Source: Eledone cirrhosa
Taxonomy: Eukaryota
Assembly: GCA_964016885.1 (NCBI GenBank)
Contig: OZ024743.1
Span: forward strand, 341,992,001 to 342,056,000
Length of the DNA: 64,000 nucleotides
Direction of reading: 5' to 3'
A model generated the notes under the pieces. That model saw nothing but the letters and a program-made list of their open reading frames with translations. It made no database searches and was not told the origin of the DNA. This document shows positions 54,214 through 64,000 of the stretch, piece by piece; the stretch's first letter is position 1, and every line of letters begins with the position of its first letter. The position numbers and the translations under genes were made by a program.

Positions 54214-55289
54214 CGGGTGTCTGTGTAGTGCCAAAAGGTAACAGCAGGAATCTGTTGACGAAAGGCTGTTTTCAAGTTTCCACCCAACTCAGGCCCACTT
54301 CCCCGACGTGGGGAAATTGAAACGTAAGCCGCCTCGTGGTCCCAGTGAAGAGAAAAGAGGAAGTATTATCCCGGCAGATCACAAGAGACACACACGGAAA
54401 GAGACATTTCAACTCGCCGGTCGCATTCCTCTAGATTGTCAATTCCGCCCCACTAACAGTGGATAGGTGGCAGTGTAAGGTACCCAGAACGCTAAAAGTC
54501 TCCTCCGCTATAAGTTGAGATGCCAGTGTATCGGAAAGCAGCTGATACTGCAGCTACTTGCAACCTTCAACTTGTTGGACAATGAAACTGGACTCGTTGC
54601 TTAATTCACCAAGTTGTTGCTTAAGAAAGTGTCGCGTCTCAAATGTGAGGTTAACCATCGAAATCTCGTTAGAGAATTAGATTAAAATGCCTCGCCCTTT
54701 TTGTTCCAACTCTCTGCATCTTGGGTTCAAATCAAACTGTATCATTCTTGGCTTTCATTAGAAAAGTATCAATGTGGTGATCAGTGAAGGGTTAAATTAA
54801 TAAATTACTACTGGTTCACAACACCGCGTGTCTCTAGGCCTGAGCGTAAGCGACAAACTTTCCAGGTACGAATATATGATCTTCCCTGACCAAAAGTAGC
54901 CTACTCGGTATTTATAAAGATAAACTTATTCAAGTTTTCCCTGGTTTATTAAGCGTTTTGGCTTCGTAAGTAAAAGGAGCACGAACCACTCAGATATATA
55001 TATTCTGTTTGTGACGAGTACAGTGAAAGTGAACATAGAAAATATATTTCTGATTCTCTATAGGTGGTATATCATACGGGAAAAGTGCAGGGACCATTTT
55101 ACGCAATGGATAAAAAGAAAAGAAAAGTTGCCTGAAATGTTAAGTACCATAATATGTTGTTTTTTGCAGCACTTACTATATTCATAGAATTATTATAGTC
55201 CTTATAGTTGTTTCAAAATAGCAAAAAATTTTATATAAGTAATTGAGGGAAACTGATGTTAGTTTTTTTTTTGTTTATCTGCGCCGACA

Positions 55290-56107
55290 TTGCATATTAA
55301 ATTTAAGTGCGAGAAAATCTATATATGAAAGTACAAGGCAGACAGACAAAAATATATATATTAGCCATTCTCGCTTATATATCTCCCATGGTTTCGTTTG
55401 CGGATGAATTTATTATTAGGAGCACCAATAATTGAAAAATCCGTAATACTCTTCAGGGGACTTATAATGCTTCAGAAAATAAGAGTATATTGACCAATAA
55501 ATATAGTTTTTTGTTACTTAAATTTAATATGAAATATTGCTTCTCTGGATGATATCTCATCTATATATTTTGTCTACTCAATAAGATGTTCAAGTATTAG
55601 AGACTAATTAACCTTTAATTAATATTTAACCACTTCTGAATTTGTCGAGTTGAATCAGGCGGTCTTTTAGCTGCTATTTCTAGTAGCATTATAAGCCTGT
55701 CGCATAGTCCTAATACGTTAAGAGGTATTTTGATCATTTAATACTTCAACTGCACAATGTGTGTTTTGTCAAGCATACAGCCTCGGCAAAGAAACTGTAT
55801 GAATAATTTCTTGGTCAATATACCCTTAATTTGTGAATAATGAAAACTCCCCTGAAGATTATTGAGGATTCTTCAATTATTGTTGCTTCGAACAATAATA
55901 AATTCTTCCTCAAACGAAACTATGGTATGGAGATCCTTATATAAGCGAAAATAGCTAAATTATGTTTTGTTTTTTGTTGTTTTTTGTCTGTCTGGCTTGT
56001 ACTCCCATATATAGAGTTTTTTTTTCACTTAAATTTAAAACGTAATATTGCTTCTCGGAGTGATATCAAATCTGTATATTTTATCCACTCATTGAGACGT
56101 TTAAGTG
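55290..56107 (+). mobile_element. Old fold-back element with hammerhead (55847-55932 +; decayed mirror about 55385-55460)
   Basis: ctccc CTGAAGA ...ttgagga...tcctcaaac GAAAC tatg GTA tggag. Arms about 55290-55460 / 55846-56040; tail duplicated at 55517-55600. Confidence 0.6.
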
Positions 56108-59100
56108 TCAGGCATATAGAATGAATGAGAAATAAAAGAACAGAAATTTAAACGACAGTGGGAAGAGGAAAGAAAAGAAAATTGTTTGGAAAGAAAGCAC
56201 TCGGGTGTTCAGTTTGGGGGAACTACTGGTCAGAATATATCTTAAGGTTTTGAAAGGGGCATACTCATTATTTATTTTCAGTAGACGTGTGAGTTTAAGT
56301 GTGTGTGTTTGTTTGTTTGTTTGTTTGCCTGTGTAATGCTGTGAGGAATATGAGCGTCTGACAATAACCAATCTGGCGTGGCTCTTGGGGTTGGAGAGGT
56401 GTATGTGCGCGCATGTGAAACTGACCACCGCAGCGATTGACAGTGGTTGATCATATCCACACGCACACAGGCGCGACGCTTTACCTATGTAGGGATCGAA
56501 ATAGAAATCTTTCAAATTCAGTTTGAGTGTGTTACCCTTACGCAAGGAGGCCAATGAAAGTTTCTTCTAATTTCAGGGGGCTACAATAAACATCTTGCGA
56601 CCAGTGCGAATGTGGAAGTAAACAAACCTTATGCAAAATCGAAGCGCTGCCCGATTTCGGATTTGAAAGTATGAGAGCCCCAAACACAAAAAATAACTTA
56701 AACAATCCATCGCTATAAATCATAAACAACACGGAAATTTTGGTCCATTCCATCAGGTTCCAAAAGGAGTATGTTTTCATATGACAAAGAAATTCAGGAA
56801 CGCAAATCGCAAGACACCTCATTTTATATAATAGTCATTGGTTAGAAACGGTAAGGAGATAAGGTTTAGGATGCAGGGCTGCGGCACACATCATTGTTGT
56901 GCAAATCCTTATAAGCTAATGGCTTCATGCATATTAGTTTGTGTGATCTCTGTAGAAATGGTCAATTTATTTGTTACTAGTACTAAGTTAGGAAAATTAA
57001 TTCTCTGTGGAAATTGGTAGCTTCACCACACAAAAACTAATATCATCAACATCTGCTACAACAACAATAACAAAACAACATCATTATTATAAGAAATAAG
57101 AACTTATGAATACAAAAAAGAAAACGAAAACAAATCTTTGAAAAATAATGGGAAGAGGAATAATATAAAAATAATTCAAGTGCTTTCCTTTGTTTTATAA
57201 CGCATGAGATAATAGCTGAGTAGAAAGTAATTTCGTGTAGTGTGTGTTTTGGAATATTAATAAGGGGCATTGATTAAAATTTAGTGATATTAGTATGGAA
57301 GACTACATGGTTTGGATGGAGAAGAGAGTGGGCGTCGAGTAGGAAAATCTGCTTGAAAATCTATTTTGTTTTATAAAGATAATTATGTAATGTTTTTGCT
57401 TTGTTTTGCGGTTTCTTTATTTTATTTTAGTTACATATGTTGTTTTGCTGCTGATCCTGCGTAACCACTGGTCGAATAGATCGATTCCCGCAGATAATCA
57501 AACGAAAAGTGAGACCTGAGCAACAAATCTATAGTTTGAGACATATTATGCCGCAGTCTCGTTGTCGACAATACTGCATAATTTGAAAGGAAGTATTGAA
57601 TTGTATAAAGTGCTGCGTTGCAACTTGAACATGCTCACTTCACAGACCCATCTATTCATGGACGCCCGCAGTTACTTGTGGTGTCCGCGGCAAAATTATG
57701 TACAATATACTCGGCCAGAACTTGACATTTGTCGTTTCTCTATACTCATCATTGATCTTGTGAAAACTATCGCATTGCTTTGGAGTAATGTATCTATTGC
57801 CGCTGTAGTTATTTCTGTATGTATATTTTTTTCTCTGTGTTTGTCCTTGCTGATGTGTTTTAGGATGTTAGAATATTTCACGTAATGACAAAGGTCAAGC
57901 GTTTTCTACGACTAGAACTGGTGCTTGTCGCATTTTTTTTTTATTTTATTAACATGTTAAGTCAAAATACAACTTGAAATAGATGCTGGAAAGATAAACG
58001 TATCTAGAATTTCATTTTAGAAATATATTTTTATTTTTGAGTGACAAAATGTATCTGTTTCTTGAGGAATTGTTCTCTTTATAGAAAGCAAATAAACCAA
58101 ACTACATCTTTTCTAAGAGGTCGTTTATTTCTTCAACATTTAACGGGTGTGACTGTGTAGTTAAGAAATTCTCAACTTAATTATTCCCTGAAAACACTTT
58201 CGGCAAACATGCTGATGAAACATCACTTCTGATGTTTAAAAGTATTTTTAAGATCAGCAGAGTACGATAACTCGTGGCCACGGGCAGTAGCCTGTAATGT
58301 AGACGGAGGAATTGAAATAACGCTCTCTGGGCATGTAGTTTATTCGAATATTACGTCTGAATTTCACCGACATTTCAGTTCAAGTGGTCCTTATATATAG
58401 CGTTCTGTTTCATCTGTATAATTAATTGTAAAGTTTTCACGCAATACTGCAGCTGAGATTTTCGAGGTATCCGACGGTTTTTATTACTTGGTAATGTAAG
58501 TTCAGGTTGGTTATATTTGTGAAGTTTCCAATTTGCGAGGAGAGATAATGAATGTGCTTCAAACTATGTAGTTAGAGATAAAGCACTTTGCACAAAAAAT
58601 ATTTACATAATTCATTGTTAATTTTCTATACAATTGCCTTAAACTGATATCGAATTAATCTTTGCGGATAATAAAACAGTAAAGAAGGCATTAACATTAC
58701 GAACCTCAAGATAATTACTGCTTTAAATAGCGTTTGTTGCAGAGCCCAAGTATTCTGAGTAGATTGTTCTTACAGCCCCCACCCCTCTCACCCACACAAC
58801 ATCCGCAAATTAAATGTTAAATGAAGTAAATGAGAATTTTGTAAATCAAAATGATGATCTATTAAAAGTAAATGTAACTTTATAGAAGTTTAAAAGTATA
58901 ATTAGTTATTCTTATTGTATGAATTTATTTTGTAATTTCGAAAGCACAGTGAATTGTCTATGAAATAGCGATGATATTTTCGTTATTTTGTTTTTACATC
59001 AAAGTTCCTCTAAATAACTACTGAAACATAATTAATATATAATCTGTTTCAATGAATATTATATACTTGAAAGGAAGGAATATATTCACTATATTAGGTT

Positions 59101-59711
59101 TACGTTTATTTTATTAGATTTTACAAATTCAAATCAATAAATTAACTTCAAGTAATTACAGCAGTTAATAAACCTTTGGTGACCACGTGTGACAAAATAT
59201 ACTGCCTATATTTTCATTGCATTTAAAAACTAATTTCCAATAATTTAGTAAAATAATTTGTTTCATTTATTGGACTATTAAACTTGTGGTTGAAGCATAA
59301 TTAAGAGAAACGTATCTATGTGAACCTGTGAGAAAAGCTCAACGTGAAGGAAGAATCCACAAACAGTTTTGTTTGAAACAACCAGCTGCGATCAGGAATG
59401 GGTTCGAATCAAACTGCATAAACCTTTTTCATGAATGCGCAATGATCTAAATGACCCAGTTCATTAATATTTAACTAGGTCTCAATGCGATTAAGAAGTG
59501 TACTCTGCAACGACTTTAATTCAGTTATGATCCCAGCCACTTTGCAACATTGAGAATATGTAATATCTATCTTCACCTCGGATGGAACTAAATAAAACTG
59601 GAAAAGAAAAGTTATGTGGAGATTCATCTTATATATGTTAGCGCGTATATGTATGCATGATATACCTATGGCATTTTGTTTATATATATAATAATAATAA
59701 TAATAGTAATA

Positions 59712-59898
59712 AATGTTTCTACTTTAGGCACAAGGCCAGCAATTACCCAGTGCATTACTGGTACTTTATTTTATCGACCCGGTAATGATGAAAGACAAAG
59801 TCAACCTCGGCGGGATTTGAACTCAGATCGTAAAGGGACGTAACTATGCTGTAAAGCATGGCGTCCGACCCTCTACCGATCCTGCCAATCCACCGCCC
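59712..59898 (-). mobile_element. SINE family 1, full-length
   Basis: A box TGGCAGGATCGG, B box GAGTTCAAATCC, core, (ATT)n tail. Confidence 0.92.
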
Positions 59899-59924
59899 TT
59901 TATATAAGAGTAATAATAGTAATA

Positions 59925-62900
59925 ATAAAATGAAACATGTGTCAGTGAAAACGAGGTAAATTGTAACATTTCGAATCCCAGGGTTTGGCAGAATCACTGA
60001 CAACAGAATAAATTAAAGAAAGGATCGAACAAGTGGAGGGAGTGCATGCTCAAAATGAAACTCAAAATGAAAACAATGAGATCGTAAAGGATAAAGAAAT
60101 GAATGAAATTATGATCGAATGGATGAAAACGAAAGAATCTGACATGCGGGAACGAGACACCCTCCCTAAGATCCAGAACTCCAAACAGAATCAAAAGATA
60201 ATACACAAGGCTAACATAATTCTCAAAAACATTATCATCACAAACAAACTAAATATTACTGATTTAAATCATCTCTATTATGCAGCGGCTAAAGTACACC
60301 ACTCCCTTATGTGGAGTGAAAAGGAAAAAAGAAAGGAATTCCTACAAGAAATCTACTTGGCAAGAGAACATCAATCGCCAGATAAACCTTCTCCGATCTG
60401 ACATAGAAATTTTAACAAACTACAAAGTAGGTGAACATGTGAAACAAACTAAACTTAGAAAATTGAAAAGAAAATATCGTATAAAATCAACAAGTGACAT
60501 AGATATGCCGATAGAAATAATCAAGCAAAAAGTGTCGGCCAAAGCTGCTCGTATAAGGCGCTTTGAAAAACGATCTAGATTCTATAAGCACAATAATATG
60601 TTCAAAAACAACCAAAGAAACTTCTACATAAAAATTGGTAAGTCAACAATAACTGCTAAATCAATACCACCCAAGGAGGAAGTGCAAGAATTCTGGGAAA
60701 AGATCTGGGCCGAAGAAAAAGTTCATAATATACATGCCCCATGGATAGACAGACAAATGAAAGATACAGCCCACTTTGAGGAACAAATATGGGAAAATAT
60801 AACAGTTGAACAGTTGCGTTTGGCTCTTAGAATAACCAGCAAATGGAAATCCCCATGAACAGACAAAATACCAAATGTTTGGATAAATGCCTTCACAGAG
60901 TCTCATGAGCTGTTAGCCCAACTTTACAATAATATAGTTAAGGAGCCAGAAAAGATACCATCATGGCTAGTTAACGGCATTACATTCCTGCTTCCGAAGA
61001 ATGATGAGACAAACAATCCCAAAAATTACAAACTGATAACTTGCTTGACCACAATGTATAAAATTTTAACATCAGTCCTAACTGAATATACATATGGCCA
61101 CCTGATGACAAATGACCTATTTTCCAATGAGCAGAAAGGGTGTAACCGAGGCTGATATGGCTGTAAGGATCAGCTTTTGGTTAACAAAATGATACTGGAA
61201 GATTGTCATAATAGACACAAAAATATATCAATTGCTTGGATAGATTACAAAAAAAGCATTCGATAGTTGGATTTTAAAGTTGGATTTTAAAATGTTTAGT
61301 TGATTTTCAAAATATCTCCCGTTGTCAGGAGGTTCTTGTCGTTGAAGACATGGAAAACGACACTCATTTTGAATAGTGAAAATGAATCACTGGAAGCTGG
61401 AGAAGTTAATATTAACTGTTGAATTTTTCAGGGTGACTCTTTATCACCGCTTTTATTCTGCATCGCAATTATACTATTAAGTAAAATGCTCAACGAAACA
61501 AAACATGTATATAAAGTCTATGACAAAACCATTAATCATTTGTTCTACATGGATGACCGGAAAATATTTGAAAAAAAATGATGAACATTTACAAGGGCTA
61601 TTATCCACTGTGGAGCAGTTCAGTGATGACATTAAAATGGAGTTTGGACTAGATAAATGCGCCAAAGCAACGTTCACCAGAGGAGAGCTGCTCTAAAGGT
61701 TCAGACGTTAATCTTGATCGGGGGAATGTGATAAGAGAACGTGATCAAGAGGAAACTTACAAATATCTAGGTGTTTGTGAAGGAGACGCAATCAAGCACT
61801 CGACAATGAGGGAAAGGATAAGGAAGGAATGTTACCGCAGAGTAAGAGCAATCTTAAGAACGGAATTCAATGCAAGGAATATGATCGATGCCATAAACAC
61901 GCTTACCATACCAGTAGTAACCTACAGTTACAATGTCATCAACTGGTCATGCACAGAGATCCGTAGGCTCGATACAAAAATTCGAAAATTCTTAACCATG
62001 CACAGAATGCATCATCCTAAGGCAGATACAGATAGAATATATCTCCCTAGGAAAGAAGGAGGACGTGGGTTAATCCAGTTAGATATTGCGTTGAAAACTA
62101 CAACAATTGGATTATCTACATATCTAAGTGAATCACATGATTGGATGATCAAATTCGTTTTGAAACACGAAAGCATCAAAAGATCATTCTCCATTACAAA
62201 AGATGCACAAAGATACAGTAATGGACTACGAATTTCAGAAGTCCCATTTACTGCTGAAATGGAAAACACAGAAAAAGCAAAGCAGGTAAAAGTAACTGCA
62301 AAGAAAGAACTGCTACAGAAACTGGCTAAGAAATGGCAAGAAAAGCCTCTTTATGGAAAATACCCAGAAAGAGCTAACAATCCTGATCTTGACAAAACTT
62401 TAACCCATCAGTGGTTGGCATCCTCTGGACTGAAATCGGAGACTGAAGGACTGATTATATCAGCACAAGATCAGTGTCTGCCAACAAAAAATTACCAACC
62501 CAACATAATAAAAAATGGATGCAACCCATTATGCCATGTATGTAAAAAACAACCAGAGACCATTGATCATATAATTTTAATGTGCAGTCCTATAGCTCCA
62601 ACCGAATACCTAAACAGGAACGACAGAGCTGTATAATAATTACATTGGATAATGTGTAAGCATTTTGACCTGCCCCATCAAAAGAATTGGTGGGAGCATC
62701 AACCACCACCCATACTTGAAAAAGATCACATCTCAATCTTGTGGAACTTCAGCATCCAAACAGACCGAAAAATAGATGCAAATAGACCTGATATAATACT
62801 GAAGGACTTTAAAACGAGAGTATGCCTGCTAATTGATATGTCCGTTCCAATAGAAAAGAATGTATCTATAAAAACATATGAAAAATTGAATAAGTATAAG

Positions 62901-63262
62901 GACATGGAGATATAAATTGGAAAAATGTGGAAATTGAGAACTAAGACAATACCAGTGGTTGTAGGCGCTCTAGGAATGATACCTAAGGGGTCTAATGATT
63001 ACTTATCGCAAATCCCGCGAAACCCGCGTATGGGAGAAATACAAAAGATAGTACTAAAGGGAATTGCCCATATAATAAGGAAGATTCTGTCAATATAAGT
63101 ACATCATAAGTCTAAACACCTAAAGATGCATGTGTGTGTATGTATGTTCTTTCTTGAATATGGCGGACCTTGTTGTCTCTTGAGGTCACTGGGTGTGACT
63201 TGGTGATAACTCGTATGAACATAAAGCAAGATAAATGCAACTATAATAATAATAATAATAAT
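59925..63262 (+). mobile_element. R4/Dong-clade LINE (RT, CCHC, restriction-like endonuclease), disrupted, in (TAA)n
   Basis: DLNHLYYAAA, WKSP, ITCLTTMYKILTS, EQKGC, AWIDYKK, IFQGDSLSPLLFC, HLFYMDD, FGLDKCA, YKYLGV, YLPRKEGGRGL, AQDQ, CHVC...ETIDHI..C, NRPDII, LIDMSVP, K..KY. (TAA)n flanks. Confidence 0.92.
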
Positions 63263-63305
63263 AATACAAGGACGATTTTTTAGACCTTCGGTACGTTTGT
63301 CGATT

Positions 63306-63390
63306 GGTGACGCGCGTTTCGCTATTGATCAGCTCAAGATTCGATCTGTATAGATCTGACCCGACTCTGGAATCAAAAGATCGTCGGACC
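63306..63390 (-). ncRNA. Type I hammerhead with a U4C change
   Basis: ggt CCGACGA tcttttgatt...gatcaatagc GAAAC gcgc GTC acc. Palindromic stem III; upstream GTAAGTAT donor-like motif. Confidence 0.6.
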
Positions 63391-63430
63391 TCTGCTGTTG
63401 TAATGGCAGAAGAGGTCCCTGGATACATAC

Positions 63431-63529
<99 letters not shown>

Positions 63530-63950
63530 GGGGGTGATCCCAAAGTAGGATTTTTTCTATCCCACACGTTTAAAAATATAGGGAAAAGAAATTGAAAATG
63601 TGGAAGATTATTAATAACTTCAACGGTTTCACGTTGGGATGATTTTTAAAAGTTAGGTGAGATGGAGAGATGTGAGGCCATGTAGTTGTGTGTCAAGAAT
63701 CTATATTTTTTGCGGAATTTCTTCCCTTTTTATGCAAAAAGGTGGCTCACATGGCTATCTGTTTAAAGTACAATTGTATTGGTTGTAGAAAGTCACGTGA
63801 TGAGGTATAGAGCTGTGCAGTGAGTTTTTTTGCGACAAAAATTGATAATAATTTTATGAGGAATATGATTTATCTTGTAGATTTTGCGCCACTGTTTTGG
63901 TCTGTTATACTTCAGTGAAAAAGGCTAGTGATAACTTCAAAAGGAATTCA
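63530..63950 (-). mobile_element. Decayed pLTR of the 6264/18390 family
   Basis: CGGTTTC...TTTT.AAAAGT...TGAGATGGAG and TTTGCGCCA motifs are shared with 6400-6600. Confidence 0.5.
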
Positions 63951-64000
63951 TGTCTATTTTATTGTGTTAAACAGATATAACTGTTTCTACTTTAGGCACA

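Noticed and set aside
54270-54345. Possible HDV-like ribozyme or LINE 5' UTR hairpin (GTTTCC...CAC TTCCCCGAC GTG GGGAAAT)
   Set aside because: P1/P3-like pairing is present, but I found no P1.1 GG, J4/2 or P2 partner.
58208-58250. CTGATGA followed by the hairpin AACATCA/TGATGTT
   Set aside because: No GAAA and no stem III or stem I closure.

Overview
AT-rich, microsatellite-dense animal genomic DNA. The SINE set and repeat landscape suggest a cephalopod (octopus-like), which is an inference. I could not support any host protein-coding gene; the window is almost entirely transposons. It holds a full-length Tx1/L1-clade LINE (21612-27518, -) and an R4/Dong-clade LINE (about 59925-63262, +), both in (TAA)n tracts. 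It also holds decayed RTE and CRE LINEs, a decayed hAT transposase split by the Tx1 element, a non-autonomous Helitron, two tRNA-SINE families and several Penelope-like element (PLE) RT/GIY-YIG fragments. The most notable signal is about 20 type I hammerhead ribozyme motifs from roughly 11 unrelated sequence families. They lie in PLE pseudo-LTRs and in small non-coding fold-back elements inserted into (TA)n. Several carry the compensatory U3-A8 core (UUGANAA), and stems covary between copies. One element is a perfect 338-bp palindrome and another is a 419-nt retrozyme-like monomer. The main SINE shares its 3' tail with the Tx1 LINE. All alignments and folds were done by eye, and boundaries of decayed elements are approximate.
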